Below, in pieces: positions 30,139-41,452 of a stretch of DNA of 64,000 nt. A program made the translations under genes and the position numbers. The notes beneath the pieces are model-generated. The model ran no database searches and was not told where the DNA came from. It saw nothing but the letters and a program-made list of their open reading frames with translations. The stretch's first letter is position 1, and every line of letters begins with the position of its first letter. The DNA comes from Nitrospirota bacterium (lineage in GTDB: Bacteria; Nitrospirota; UBA9217), in contig CAVUCU010000004.1 of the NCBI GenBank assembly GCA_963740085.1, forward strand, positions 544,001-608,000. Direction: 5' to 3'.

Positions 30139-31992
30139 ATGGCGATGTCTGGAAGACTCGGCGCTATGCTTGTATCGTCGGGTCTGATCACGGAAGATCA
30201 GTTGCAGAAAGCTCTTTCCACGCAGAAAAACGAGGGCGGCAGGCTTGGCTCTATCCTGGTTAAATTGGGGTTCGCGCAGGAAGACAAACTGATGACGTTC
30301 TTGAGCAAACAGTATGGTGTCCCGTATGTCGACTTGAGCAAATTCGAAATCAATCCCGCCGTCATAAAACATATTCCCGCGGACGTAGCCCAGAAATATC
30401 GCATCATGCCCATCAATCGCACCGGCGCGACTATTACCATCGCGATGGTCGACCCCTCCAACATATTTGCCATCGACGATATCAAATTCATGACCGGTTA
30501 TAATGTCGAGGCGGTCGTGGCAACCGAAGGCGCCATTGTTGAGGCGATCAAAAAATATTATGGCTCCGCAGCCAAGTCCCTCGTTGCATCGAAATCCGGC
30601 GGGATCGCGCAATCGGCCCAACCCAGGGAAGAGAAAAAGATTTCCCTGGACGCCAAAGATTACGCGATGGATGAATCTGCCGATGAGAACGCCTTTGTGG
30701 ATGATATCGACACCGGCGGAGAGGTGGACGTCGATGATTTCGACAACCTCGTTCACGGAGCGGTCGATGAACTCGAGGTCATTGAAGATGAAAAACTGGA
30801 CGCGTTGTCGGGAGAGGTTGAAGCGCCGATCGTGAAACTGGTAAACGGCATTCTGCTCCGGGCGGCGAAGGCAGGTGTGAGCGATATCCACATTGAGCCC
30901 TACGAGAAGAAATTCAGGGTGCGTTACCGGCTTGACGGTGTTCTGAAAACGGTCATGGGTCTTCCGCTCAAGATCAGGAATGCGATCATCTCCCGTATAA
31001 AGATCATGTCCTCTCTCGACATCGCCGAGCGGAGACTTCCGCAGGACGGCAGGATCAAACTCAAGATGAGCAAGAGCAAGGTCATGGACTTCCGTGTTTC
31101 CGTCCTTCCGACCCTGTTCGGCGAAAAGATCGTCATGCGCCTGCTTGACAAGTCGAATCTTCAGCTCGACATGACCAAGCTCGGCTTTGATGAAGACCAG
31201 CTGGCGGATTTTAAGGAGGCCCTCGGGAAACCGTTCGGCATGGTGCTGGTGACGGGACCGACGGGAAGCGGCAAGACCACTACTCTCTACTCGGCGTTGA
31301 GCGAACTGAATACTGATTCCGAAAATATCATGACCGCCGAGGATCCGGTGGAATTCAACCTGATGGGCATCAATCAGGTCCAAATGAAGGACGAGATAGG
31401 GCTCAACTTCGCTGCTGCGCTCCGCTCTTTTCTCCGTCAGGACCCGGATATCATCATGGTGGGAGAGACCCGTGACTATGAAACTGCGGAGATCGGGGTC
31501 AAGGCCGCACTCACCGGCCACCTGGTTCTTTCCACGCTCCATACCAATGATGCCCCAAGCACCATCAACCGCCTGCTCAACATGGGCGTAGAGCCGTTCC
31601 TGGTTTCCTCGGCAGTGATCCTGATCGTGGCACAGCGGCTTGTACGGAAGGCCTGTCAGAACTGCAAAAAGCCGCAAAAACTGCCGGTTGAGACATTTAT
31701 CGCCGCAGGATTTGATCCGGAAGAGGCCAAGACCATCGTCAGCTACCGGGGCGAAGGTTGCGATATATGCAATCAGACCGGGTATAGGGGCAGGGTAGCT
31801 CTCTACGAGGTCATGCCGCTCAGGGATGAGATCAAGGAACTCATTCTGCAGGGCGCATCGGTCTTCGACCTCAAAAAAGCGGCCGTCAACGGAGGAATGA
31901 AGACGCTGCGGGCGAGCGGGCTGTTGAAAGTAAAGGCCGGATTGACTTCGCTGGAAGAAGTGGTTGAGAATACATTCGCTGATAAGAATTAG
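30139..31992 (+). CDS. pilB: Type IV pilus assembly ATPase with N-terminal MshEN motif
   Basis: RLGxxL...RLG, SDIHIEP, Walker A GPTGSGKTT, LRQDPD, tetracysteine motif, GRVALYE. Confidence 0.96.
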   Translation: MAMSGRLGAMLVSSGLITEDQLQKALSTQKNEGGRLGSILVKLGFAQEDKLMTFLSKQYGVPYVDLSKFEINPAVIKHIPADVAQKYRIMPINRTGATITIAMVDPSNIFAIDDIKFMTGYNVEAVVATEGAIVEAIKKYYGSAAKSLVASKSGGIAQSAQPREEKKISLDAKDYAMDESADENAFVDDIDTGGEVDVDDFDNLVHGAVDELEVIEDEKLDALSGEVEAPIVKLVNGILLRAAKAGVSDIHIEPYEKKFRVRYRLDGVLKTVMGLPLKIRNAIISRIKIMSSLDIAERRLPQDGRIKLKMSKSKVMDFRVSVLPTLFGEKIVMRLLDKSNLQLDMTKLGFDEDQLADFKEALGKPFGMVLVTGPTGSGKTTTLYSALSELNTDSENIMTAEDPVEFNLMGINQVQMKDEIGLNFAAALRSFLRQDPDIIMVGETRDYETAEIGVKAALTGHLVLSTLHTNDAPSTINRLLNMGVEPFLVSSAVILIVAQRLVRKACQNCKKPQKLPVETFIAAGFDPEEAKTIVSYRGEGCDICNQTGYRGRVALYEVMPLRDEIKELILQGASVFDLKKAAVNGGMKTLRASGLLKVKAGLTSLEEVVENTFADKN

Positions 31993-32046
31993 CGATCGCA
32001 GAGAGCGTGAGCTAAAAATAGATTTCAAGAGAAGGGGTTCTCCATA

Positions 32047-33150
32047 ATGGCCAGCCTGCACGACTTGCTCAAGTTTATGATAGAAAAAGGCGCATCCGAC
32101 CTTCACATTACCACCGGAATTCCGCCATCGATCCGCGTTGACGGCAAAATAAAACTGATCCCTGGACTGGAACCTCTTTCCGCAACTCAGACCAAGGACC
32201 TCTGTTACAGCATCCTCACCGATGCCCAGAAGCACAAATTTGAAGAGAACAGCGAACTCGATCTCTCCTTCGGTGTTAAAAACTTGTCCCGCTTCCGCGC
32301 AAATATGTTTGTGCAGCGGGGCGCCGTGGCTGCTGCGATCAGGACCATTCCCTTCAAGATCAAGACGTTCCAGGAACTTGGACTGCCGGAAATAGTATCC
32401 GACCTTTGTAAGAAACCGAGAGGACTCGTTCTTGTCACAGGACCAACGGGGAGCGGGAAGTCGACAACACTGGCCTCGATGATCGATAAGATCAACAACG
32501 AGCGGCAGGAACATATCATCACCATCGAAGATCCGATCGAATATCTCCACCCCCATAAAAAATGCCTTGTAAACCAGCGGGAGGTCAACGCGGACACCAA
32601 ATCGTTCAAGGACGCATTGAAATATATACTCCGGCAAGACCCCGATGTCGTCCTCGTGGGCGAAATGCGCGATCTTGAAACCATTGAAGCGGCCCTGACC
32701 ATAGCGGAAACAGGACATCTTACGTTTGCGACACTTCACACGAACTCTGCTGCGCAGACGATGAATCGTATCATCGATGTCTTTCCGCCTCACCAGCAAT
32801 CCCAGGTCAGGGCACAGCTTTCTTTTGTTCTTGAGGGCGTCATGTCACAGCAGCTGGTACCGAAAATAGGCGGCGGCAGAATGCTCGCTCTTGAGGTCAT
32901 GATCCCGAATATCGCTATCCGGAATCTTATCCGGGAGGACAAAATTCATCAGATCTATTCCATTATGCAGACCGGCCAGTCAAAGTTCGGGATGATGACG
33001 CTCAATCAGTCGCTCTATGATCTCTATACAAAAAAATTCATTTCGTATGAAGACTGTATCGGCCGGTCGTCGAATCCCGACGAACTTGTTCAAATGCTCG
33101 GGCGCTCCGGTCTTGCAGGGGCACAGACCGTACGCAAAGAATACCGCTGA
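32047..33150 (+). CDS. pilT: Type IV pilus retraction ATPase
   Basis: ASDLH, GPTGSGKST, AETGH, AIRNLIRE. Confidence 0.97.
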   Translation: MASLHDLLKFMIEKGASDLHITTGIPPSIRVDGKIKLIPGLEPLSATQTKDLCYSILTDAQKHKFEENSELDLSFGVKNLSRFRANMFVQRGAVAAAIRTIPFKIKTFQELGLPEIVSDLCKKPRGLVLVTGPTGSGKSTTLASMIDKINNERQEHIITIEDPIEYLHPHKKCLVNQREVNADTKSFKDALKYILRQDPDVVLVGEMRDLETIEAALTIAETGHLTFATLHTNSAAQTMNRIIDVFPPHQQSQVRAQLSFVLEGVMSQQLVPKIGGGRMLALEVMIPNIAIRNLIREDKIHQIYSIMQTGQSKFGMMTLNQSLYDLYTKKFISYEDCIGRSSNPDELVQMLGRSGLAGAQTVRKEYR

Positions 33151-33188
33151 GGCGACGGCTGCCGGTCCAAATAATGATGAGGTGAAAA

Positions 33189-34400
33189 ATGGCAACAAAC
33201 GTATTTACCTGGGAAGGCAAAACACGGCAGGGTTCGGTCCAAAAGGGCGAGATTGCCGCAAACAGCAAAGAGGATGTTCTTGCGCTCCTTCGGAAGCAAA
33301 ATATTCAACCGATAAATGTATCCGCCAAGCCGAGAGAGCTCAAACTGAGTTTTGGCGCTCCAAAAGTCAAGGATAAGGATGTCGTGATCTTTACCCGGCA
33401 GTTGGCGACCATGATCGATGCCGGATTGCCGCTCGTACAGTGTCTTACTATCCTCGGCGACCAGACGGAAAACAAAACGCTTGCAAAGACAGTAAATCAG
33501 GTCAGGTCCGATGTCGAGAGCGGGGCAACCTTTGCCGATGCGCTCAAGAAACACCCGAAGATCTTTGACAGTCTTTATTGCAATATGGTTGCCGCTGGAG
33601 AGGCCGGCGGTATTTTGGATACCATTCTCGGACGCCTAGCCGTGTTTATGGAAAAGTTCGCGAAGATCAAGGGCCAAATTAAATCGGCGATGATTTATCC
33701 TTCGGTCATCCTGTTCGTCGCGGTTGGCGTGGTCTCCCTGCTGCTGGTTGTCGTTGTCCCCATGCTGGCAAACATTTTTGTTGAAGCAAAAATGCAACTG
33801 CCTTTCCCGACCCGCGTCGTAATGGCCGTCAGTAATTTTTTAAAAGGCTGGGGAGGACTGGTCCTTCTCGTCGCAATTATCGGATTCTTCGTTGGTCTCA
33901 AGCAATTTAGGAAAACAGAAAAAGGACTGAGAGTGACCGATGCCTTTGCGTTAAAAGTACCGGTTGCGGGATCTTTGATCCAGAGGGTGGCTGTTGCCAA
34001 GTTTACGCGCACCCTTGGCACGCTGCTTACCAGCGGAGTTCCTATTCTCGAAGGGTTGTTGATCGTTTCGAGGACCGCAGGCAATAAGGTTGTGGAAGAG
34101 GCGATCATGGCCACCCGGCAGAGCGTAAGCGAGGGTAAAACGCTTGCTGATCCGCTGGGAAGGGCAAAGGTTTTCCCCGCCATGGTTGTTTCGATGATAT
34201 CGGTTGGTGAGGCAACAGGCGCACTCGATAATATGCTGAACAAGATCGCGGACTTTTACGACGATGAAGTGGATTCCGCAGTAGCGGCCCTCACCTCCTT
34301 GCTTGAGCCCATGCTCATGATATTTCTGGGCGTTGTGGTCGGCTTTGTTATCATAGCCATGTACATGCCGATATTCCAGATGGGCGCGGCGGCAGGTTAG
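33189..34400 (+). CDS. pilC: Type IV pilus platform protein
   Basis: FTRQLATMIDAG, AGEAGG, AMIYP, GEATG, LLEP. Confidence 0.96.
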   Translation: MATNVFTWEGKTRQGSVQKGEIAANSKEDVLALLRKQNIQPINVSAKPRELKLSFGAPKVKDKDVVIFTRQLATMIDAGLPLVQCLTILGDQTENKTLAKTVNQVRSDVESGATFADALKKHPKIFDSLYCNMVAAGEAGGILDTILGRLAVFMEKFAKIKGQIKSAMIYPSVILFVAVGVVSLLLVVVVPMLANIFVEAKMQLPFPTRVVMAVSNFLKGWGGLVLLVAIIGFFVGLKQFRKTEKGLRVTDAFALKVPVAGSLIQRVAVAKFTRTLGTLLTSGVPILEGLLIVSRTAGNKVVEEAIMATRQSVSEGKTLADPLGRAKVFPAMVVSMISVGEATGALDNMLNKIADFYDDEVDSAVAALTSLLEPMLMIFLGVVVGFVIIAMYMPIFQMGAAAG

Positions 34401-34408
34401 AACCTCAC

Positions 34409-36109
34409 GTGACACAAGAGTATTCAAAAGAAGAATACATAATACGCATTAAATGGCTTATCTGGAGCAGGGTAGTGCTCGCGACCTTTCTTGTCGGGAC
34501 ACTTGTCTTATTTCAAGGGCACTATGCTATTTACCTGTTTAAGACCGCCTACGTATACTATTTTCTGCTCTCCGTCTACTGCCTGACCGTTTTTTACTGG
34601 TACCTTCTTAAAAAGACAACGCGTTTTTCCCTCCTCGCTTATCTTCAGACTTCAGTCGATATTCTTCTTGTCACCGCTCTCATACATCTTACCGGAGGAA
34701 TCGACAGTGGTTTTTCGCTCCTCTATCATCTGACAATCATATCTTCAAGCATTATTCTGTACCGTCGAGGCGGGTATCTGTCGGCTTCTCTTTCGAGCAT
34801 ACTGTACGGTGCAATGCTGGATATGCAGTATTATAACATTTCCGGTTTCGTCAGGAGCCAGAACTTCACGGCAGTCCAGGTGCTTTTTCAGGTGGTCATC
34901 AATATCGTTTCATTCTACATCGTGGGTCTCTTGAGCGGCTACCTTTCCGAGCGTCTCAGGAAAACGCGCAAGGAACTTCGGGAGAAAATCATGGACCTTG
35001 AAGACCTCCGAGTGCTGCAGCAGCACATCCTGCGGAGCGTAGGAAGCGGGATCGTCACCATGGACCTGCAGGGCAACATCGCGTCATGGAACCCCGCGGC
35101 AGAACAGATAACGGGGTACCGTTACGATGAGATTAAAAAACGCTGGCAGCAGGTGTTCGGGGACAGCATCAAGGGAATCTTTGGCCATACGGACTCGCTG
35201 AAAGCGCGCCCATTTCGATTCGACGGACAGGTCATAAAAAAGGATGGCAATATTGCACTGCTCGGGATGACCGCCTCCCTGCTCAAGGATGATGCGAACG
35301 CCGTTCGCGGGATCATCCTTATCTTCCAGGACATAACCAGGTTGGTCGAAATGGAGAACCAGGTAAGGATGAAGGATCGGCTGGCTACCGTCGGGAGTCT
35401 TGCCGCGGGCATCGCCCATGAGATCCGGAACCCGCTCGCATCGCTCAGCGGTTCCATCCAGGTGCTGCAGGGCGAACTCGACCTCCAGGGGGACAATAAA
35501 CACCTTATGGATATTGTTGTCCGCGAGACAGACCGGCTCAATACGATCATCATTGAATTTTTGGAATATGCCCGTCTCAAGGACGCCCAGAATGACCACA
35601 TTGAGCTTTCACCCGTCCTTGATGAGACGATCATGCTGTTGAAGAACAGCAAGGATTTTACGGGAGACATCCGCATCACTCATCAGGTCGATCCGGATGT
35701 CGTGATAAAGGGGGACTCCCAGCGGATTCGCCAGGTTTTCTGGAACCTGCTTATTAACGCCTGCCAGGCAATGCCGCGGGGTGGCGAGATAACGATCACT
35801 GCGAGGTTGTTTTCCCGAGTGAATGATGACACTGATTGGTGCGAGATCATTATTGCAGATACGGGCCAGGGCATCACGTACGAAGATCGTGACAGGATAT
35901 TCAATCCCTTTTTCACGACAAAGACCGGGGGTACTGGTCTGGGATTGTCGATCGTCTACCGGATCATCGAGGATCATCGGGGAACGATAACGGTGGACAG
36001 CGTGCCCGGCAAAGGGACCCAATTCTTCATCAAGCTTCCGATTCTGGAGGAGCCAGTTTACACGACGCTCAAAAACAATACGGAGCATAAGCAGAAGAGG
36101 CGGAGTTGA
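34409..36109 (+). CDS. pilS: Sensor histidine kinase PilS
   Basis: Six N-terminal TM segments with TGG..S.F, PAS domain, AHEIRNPL, ATPase domain; position after pilC. Confidence 0.88.
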   Translation: MTQEYSKEEYIIRIKWLIWSRVVLATFLVGTLVLFQGHYAIYLFKTAYVYYFLLSVYCLTVFYWYLLKKTTRFSLLAYLQTSVDILLVTALIHLTGGIDSGFSLLYHLTIISSSIILYRRGGYLSASLSSILYGAMLDMQYYNISGFVRSQNFTAVQVLFQVVINIVSFYIVGLLSGYLSERLRKTRKELREKIMDLEDLRVLQQHILRSVGSGIVTMDLQGNIASWNPAAEQITGYRYDEIKKRWQQVFGDSIKGIFGHTDSLKARPFRFDGQVIKKDGNIALLGMTASLLKDDANAVRGIILIFQDITRLVEMENQVRMKDRLATVGSLAAGIAHEIRNPLASLSGSIQVLQGELDLQGDNKHLMDIVVRETDRLNTIIIEFLEYARLKDAQNDHIELSPVLDETIMLLKNSKDFTGDIRITHQVDPDVVIKGDSQRIRQVFWNLLINACQAMPRGGEITITARLFSRVNDDTDWCEIIIADTGQGITYEDRDRIFNPFFTTKTGGTGLGLSIVYRIIEDHRGTITVDSVPGKGTQFFIKLPILEEPVYTTLKNNTEHKQKRRS

Positions 36110-36110
36110 T

Positions 36111-37484
36111 ATGAGTAAAATACTCGTTGTTGATGACGAACAGAGCATGCGGGACTTTCTCGCAATCCTGCTTACCAAGGAAGGTCACGAAGTCGTGACT
36201 GCAAAGAATGGTGCCGATGCCCTCCGGGCGGCCCAGGCCGAGATCTTCGACCTGGTGATCACTGATATGAAGATGCCTGGAGCCGACGGCATGGAAGTGC
36301 TCAAGTCTGTCAAAGAAATCTCACCTGAGACCGTCGTGATCATGATCACCGCCTTTGCAACCACTGAGACAGCGGTCGAGGCCATGAAGATCGGGGCGTA
36401 TGATTACATTATCAAACCGTTCAAGGTGGATGAGCTGAAGTTGATCATTAACAATTCGCTCGAAAAGCGCTATCTGAGAAAGGAGAATATCCTTCTCAAG
36501 CGCGAGATCGAGTCGAAGGCGGGATTTGCCAATTTTATCGGGAAAAGCCCACCGATGCAAAAAGTGTTTTCACTGATCCGTCAGGTCTCGGATACGACCA
36601 GCACCGTACTGATAACGGGTGAAAGCGGAACAGGCAAAGAGCTCGTAGCAAAAGCGGTCCATTTCAACAGCCCCCGGAAAAATGGACCGTTCGTAACGGT
36701 CAACTGCGGGGCATTGCCCGAGACGCTTCTGGAAAGCGAATTGTTCGGTTATATGAAGGGTGCCTTCACCGGTGCGTCGTCGAACAAACAGGGGCTTTTC
36801 GAAGCCGCCAACAACGGGACCATTTTTCTCGATGAGATCAGCGCGACTACGCCGGCGCTCCAGATCAAGCTTTTGCGGGTGCTCCAGGAGCGGGAGTTCA
36901 TCCGGGTGGGCGGGACTGCGCGGGTCAAGGTGGATGTGCATGTCATCTCCGCAAGCAACAAGGACCTGCCGTCCGAAATTGCCAAGGACACGTTCCGGGA
37001 GGACCTCTACTATCGTTTAAACGTGATCCCCATCCGCCTGCCTCCGCTCAGGGAGCGGAAGGAAGATATTCCGCTTCTTGCGGATTATTTTCTCAAGAAA
37101 GTCGTCCGCAAAGAGGCCGAACGGGCGCGGATCAAAACGATCGATGCTGATGCCATGAAGGCGCTGATGGCATATCATTGGCCGGGAAATGTTCGTGAGC
37201 TCGAGAATACAATAGAACGAATGATGATCATGACGCCGGAAGACGTTATTCGTCTCGAACAGATACCGGATACCGTAAAATGCCCCTCGGGCTGTTCCGA
37301 CCTTGTCTCGCTTGAGATCCCTGAGACAGGGGTGGACCTCGAGGCGCTTCTGGAAAATGCCGAAAGGACCTTTCTCAGGAAAGCGCTCGAAAAAACAGGT
37401 GGTGTCAAGACAGATGCGGCAAAGCTGCTCGGCCTCACTTTTCGCTCCTTTAGACACCGTCTGCAAAAATACGGCGACACGTAA
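36111..37484 (+). CDS. pilR: Sigma54-dependent response regulator PilR
   Basis: REC domain, GESGTGKE, GAFTGA, FREDLYYRLNV, HTH FRSFRHRL. Confidence 0.9.
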   Translation: MSKILVVDDEQSMRDFLAILLTKEGHEVVTAKNGADALRAAQAEIFDLVITDMKMPGADGMEVLKSVKEISPETVVIMITAFATTETAVEAMKIGAYDYIIKPFKVDELKLIINNSLEKRYLRKENILLKREIESKAGFANFIGKSPPMQKVFSLIRQVSDTTSTVLITGESGTGKELVAKAVHFNSPRKNGPFVTVNCGALPETLLESELFGYMKGAFTGASSNKQGLFEAANNGTIFLDEISATTPALQIKLLRVLQEREFIRVGGTARVKVDVHVISASNKDLPSEIAKDTFREDLYYRLNVIPIRLPPLRERKEDIPLLADYFLKKVVRKEAERARIKTIDADAMKALMAYHWPGNVRELENTIERMMIMTPEDVIRLEQIPDTVKCPSGCSDLVSLEIPETGVDLEALLENAERTFLRKALEKTGGVKTDAAKLLGLTFRSFRHRLQKYGDT

Positions 37485-37503
37485 GCATTCGCGGAGTTTT
37501 TGA

Positions 37504-37532
37504 TTGCAAATGTCCAGTGATTCCGATACAAT
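37504..37532 (+). promoter_or_regulatory. sigma70-type promoter, near-leaderless
   Basis: TTGCAA-17 nt-TACAAT, with ATG nine nt downstream and no SD. Confidence 0.55.
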
Positions 37533-37541
37533 TCAATTTCC

Positions 37542-39011
37542 ATGGCATACGATACGTTAAGAGATTATATCGCAGTCCTCGAAAAGAACAACGAACTGAT
37601 CAGGATCAAAGCCGAAGTTGACGCTGACCTTGAGATCGCTGAAATTACGGACCGGGTATCAAAAGAAAAGGGTACGGCGAACAAGGCGCTCCTGTTCGAA
37701 CGGGTCAAGAGGTCCGCTTTCCCGGTCCTGACCAATGCATTCGGCTCCATGAAGCGTATGTGCCTTGCGCTCGAGGTCGACAGCCTGGATGAGATCGGCC
37801 AGCGGATCAAGGAACTTGTCGACCCCACGAACCTGTTCCCGGGTCCCGGCGCCGGTATTATGGACAAACTGGGCATGTTGCCGAAACTTGCCGAACTCTC
37901 CAAATTTTTCCCCAAGACCGTAAAAAAGGCGCCCTGTCAGGACATCGTGCTGACGGGAGACAACGTAGACCTTTCCAAAATTCCCGTACTTCGGTGCTGG
38001 CCCTCTGATGGCGGACGTTTTATTACGCTCCCCATGGTCTGCTCGGTCGATCCCCTCACGAAGATCACAAACGTCGGCATGTACCGCATGCAGGTCTTTG
38101 ATCATCAGACCACCGGCATGCACTGGCACAAGCACAAGGACGGTGCCAGGCAGTACCAGCAGTACGAGGCTTTAGGCAGGCGCATGGAAGTGGCGGTTGC
38201 CATCGGCGGGGACCCCGCTATCATCTATTCTGCCACCGCGCCGCTCCCGCCGGTCATCGGCGAGTTCGTTTTTGCGGGCTTTCTCAGAAAAAAGCCTCTG
38301 GAGGTCGTCCAGTGCAAGACCATCGACGTTCGTGTACCGGCGGAGGCGGAGTTCATCCTTGAGGGCTTCGTTGATCCTCACGAACGTCGGGTGGAAGGAC
38401 CCTTCGGCGACCATACCGGCTACTACTCCGAGGCAGATGAGTATCCGGTATTCCATGTTACGGCCATTACGCACCGGCGGAACGCCATCTATCCGGCCAC
38501 ACTGGTCGGCCGCCCGCCGCAGGAAGACGCCTATCTCGGCAAGGCCACGGAACGCATCTTCCTTCCGCTGCTCCAGATGGTCTCGCCCGACATCCTCGAC
38601 ATGGACATGCCTGTTGAAGGCGTGTTCCATAACAATGTGATCGTCAGGATCAAGAAACGCTATCCCGGCCACGGCAAGAAGGTGATCAACACGATCTGGG
38701 GGACGGGCATGCTCATGCTCTCCAAGTTCGTCATTGTCTGCGACGAGGACGTCAATATCCACGATTACTCCGAAGTTACCTGGAAGGTCATGAACCATGT
38801 CGACCCGCAGCGTGATGTGATCATCACCGATGGGCCGCTTGACATCCTTGATCACTCCTGTCCCCAGATCGGATTCGGCGGCAAGATGGGCATCGATGCT
38901 ACGCGCAAAGGACCCGGTGAAGGATTCCACCGCTCATGGCCGGAGGAGATCAGGATGTCACCGGAGATTCAGGCGCTTGTCGAGAATCGCTGGAAGGAGT
39001 ACGGTTTATAA
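37542..39011 (+). CDS. UbiD-family menaquinone-biosynthesis decarboxylase (MqnL-like)
   Basis: NVGMYRMQ, MHWHKHKDG, EGPFGDHTGYY, GRPPQED, GKMGIDAT. Confidence 0.92.
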   Translation: MAYDTLRDYIAVLEKNNELIRIKAEVDADLEIAEITDRVSKEKGTANKALLFERVKRSAFPVLTNAFGSMKRMCLALEVDSLDEIGQRIKELVDPTNLFPGPGAGIMDKLGMLPKLAELSKFFPKTVKKAPCQDIVLTGDNVDLSKIPVLRCWPSDGGRFITLPMVCSVDPLTKITNVGMYRMQVFDHQTTGMHWHKHKDGARQYQQYEALGRRMEVAVAIGGDPAIIYSATAPLPPVIGEFVFAGFLRKKPLEVVQCKTIDVRVPAEAEFILEGFVDPHERRVEGPFGDHTGYYSEADEYPVFHVTAITHRRNAIYPATLVGRPPQEDAYLGKATERIFLPLLQMVSPDILDMDMPVEGVFHNNVIVRIKKRYPGHGKKVINTIWGTGMLMLSKFVIVCDEDVNIHDYSEVTWKVMNHVDPQRDVIITDGPLDILDHSCPQIGFGGKMGIDATRKGPGEGFHRSWPEEIRMSPEIQALVENRWKEYGL

Positions 39012-39168
39012 AACACTATTCAGGTGGATGGTCTGCAGGTTGAAGGTGGATGAAGTGAAGTGGATACTGAAAGTTCTTTGGATAGGTCAGCCGTCGGCTT
39101 AAATACCGCATCACCTCGGTCTCAGCCAGAACACCTCATCGTCATTAGCTAATCGGATATTTCACATT

Positions 39169-40509
39169 ATGCTGTTTTTTGGACTTCTCTTAATCATACT
39201 GCTCATCCTGCTGAACGGTTTTTTTGCTGCGGCCGAAATATCATTGATCTCGCTGCGCAAAAGCCGCGTTCGGCATCTCGTTAAAAGCGGCAATACGAAA
39301 GCAAGAAGAATCCAAAAGCTCCAGGAGGAACCGGAGCGTTTTCTTGCTACTATTCAGGTCGGCGTTACTCTCATCGGGACTTTAGCAGCCACGTTCGGCG
39401 GCGTAATAGCCATTGAGCATATTAAACCGTTTTTAGCTTCCTCGCCCGTGGAATTTATCAAGAGAGCGGCTGAACCGATCGCGGTCGGTATTGTCGTGAG
39501 TGTGATAACGTATTTAACGCTGGTATTCGGTGAACTGATCCCCAAGTCGCTTGCTATCCGATACGCTGAAAAAATTGCATTTCTGACATCGACATACGTC
39601 GATGTCATTTCAATAACCTTTCGCTGGGTACTGCGCATGCTTACCGCATCAAGTAATTTTGTCATTGGTCTGTTCGTTTCCTCAAATGATCGTGAACCAT
39701 CTCTGATATCGGAAGACGAGGTAAAATATCTTATTCGGGAAGGACGCAAGAGCGGCGTGTTCGAACCGTCGGAAGAGGACCTTATCCACAGCGTGTTCCG
39801 GTTCACCGACACCGTGGTAAAGGAGGTGATGGTCCCCCGGACCGAGATCGTGGCAGTCGAGGCGGAAAGCGACGTTGATTCGATCCTTCGTACCATGAAC
39901 GAGAAGGGGTTTTCGCGTCTGCCGGTATATTCCGAGACCATCGATAACATCATCGGCGTTGTCTATCTCAAGGATATTTTGCCGCTCCACCTGTCCGAGA
40001 AGGCGCTTCAACTCAAGCAGGTGCTCCGGAAGCCCTATATCGTTCCTCCCAATAAAAATGTCAGCGTTCTGTTGAAAGAGATGCGTGAAAAACGCATCCA
40101 CCTTGCCTTGGTGGGCGATGAATACGGAGGCACCGATGGCCTGGTGACCATGGAAGATCTTATTGAAGAGATCATCGGTGACATAAGAGATGAGCAGGAG
40201 AAGGAACTCCGGGAGATCAGTGAGATTGCCGCAAACCGGTACATCGTCGACGGGAGGACCGACATCGGCAAGGTGAATGACAAGCTGGGAATCAGGCTGC
40301 CGGAAGACGAATTCGAGACGGTCGGCGGTTTTCTGCTTGGGCTCTTCGGACGATTGCCTGCCGAGGGCGACCAGATCAAGCACCAGAACGTCATGTTTAC
40401 TGTGCTTCGGCTGAGGAAGAACCGGATATCGCGCATCAGGGTGCTCAAATATACGGGGGAGAACCAGGAAAGAGGGGAACATGAAGACGCCACTGATACT
40501 CGAGACTAA
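39169..40509 (+). CDS. Hemolysin/CNNM-family transporter (DUF21-CBS-CorC)
   Basis: [39 protein letters not shown]. Confidence 0.93.
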   Translation: MLFFGLLLIILLILLNGFFAAAEISLISLRKSRVRHLVKSGNTKARRIQKLQEEPERFLATIQVGVTLIGTLAATFGGVIAIEHIKPFLASSPVEFIKRAAEPIAVGIVVSVITYLTLVFGELIPKSLAIRYAEKIAFLTSTYVDVISITFRWVLRMLTASSNFVIGLFVSSNDREPSLISEDEVKYLIREGRKSGVFEPSEEDLIHSVFRFTDTVVKEVMVPRTEIVAVEAESDVDSILRTMNEKGFSRLPVYSETIDNIIGVVYLKDILPLHLSEKALQLKQVLRKPYIVPPNKNVSVLLKEMREKRIHLALVGDEYGGTDGLVTMEDLIEEIIGDIRDEQEKELREISEIAANRYIVDGRTDIGKVNDKLGIRLPEDEFETVGGFLLGLFGRLPAEGDQIKHQNVMFTVLRLRKNRISRIRVLKYTGENQERGEHEDATDTRD

Positions 40510-41365
40510 TCTCGCAGGACTCAAACCTCCGAAACGGGGCAAGGTCAGGGACATCTATGACCTCGATGAGATGCTTCTCATCGTGGCAACAGATAGGATT
40601 TCCGCTTTTGATGTAGTGCTGCCGAATGCGGTCCCCGAAAAAGGCAGGGTGCTTACCCAGATATCGAATTTCTGGTTTTCGAAGACCGCGGACATCGTGC
40701 ACAACCATCTCATATCCCTGGATGTCAGGGACTATCCCACCATATGCAAGCCGCACGCGGCAATCCTTGAGGGGAGAAGCATGCTCGTCAAGAAGACCCA
40801 ACCGCTGCCCGTGGAATGCATTGTGCGGGGATACCTTTCCGGCTCCGGACTGAAGGAGTACGGGACAATGGGCTCGGTGAGCGGCATCAAACTTCCGCCG
40901 GGGTTGACCGAGGCGTCGCGCCTTCCTGAACCGATATTCACGCCGTCCACGAAGGCCGAGATAGGCGAGCATGACGTTAACGTTGATTTTAATGATATAG
41001 TTAAGCGTGTCGGGGCCAACACAGCGGATAAAATAAGGAAATATACGCTCGCTATTTATCAGCGAGCGTGTAAACTTGCTGAGCCCAAAGGGATCATCAT
41101 AGCGGATACGAAGCTTGAATTCGGGGTCCTGAACGGAGAAATTATCCTGATCGATGAAGTGCTCACGCCCGACTCGTCCCGCTTCTGGCCGAAGAACGAC
41201 TACCGGGAAGGAGTTGTGCAGAAGAGCTTTGACAAGCAGTTCGTCCGTGATTATCTCCTTTCACTCAACTGGAACCAGAAACCCCCGGCGCCAGTGCTTC
41301 CCGACGATGTAGTGCGGAAGACGAGCGAAAAATATCTGGAAGTGCTCGGCATGCTGACCACGTAA
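40481..41365 (+). CDS. purC: SAICAR synthase
   Basis: [53 protein letters not shown]. Confidence 0.97.
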   Translation: MKTPLILETNLAGLKPPKRGKVRDIYDLDEMLLIVATDRISAFDVVLPNAVPEKGRVLTQISNFWFSKTADIVHNHLISLDVRDYPTICKPHAAILEGRSMLVKKTQPLPVECIVRGYLSGSGLKEYGTMGSVSGIKLPPGLTEASRLPEPIFTPSTKAEIGEHDVNVDFNDIVKRVGANTADKIRKYTLAIYQRACKLAEPKGIIIADTKLEFGVLNGEIILIDEVLTPDSSRFWPKNDYREGVVQKSFDKQFVRDYLLSLNWNQKPPAPVLPDDVVRKTSEKYLEVLGMLTT

Positions 41366-41452
41366 AAAATGTCAACCTCGAACAGGCGATGGATTATTGA
41401 TTTTAGCCGCCTTTCCTGATATACTGCCCTTGCCGTCCATGGGGAATGACAA

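Noticed and set aside
30121-32799. 892-aa minus-strand ORF
   Set aside because: Antisense shadow of pilB/pilT caused by codon bias; no recognisable protein motifs.
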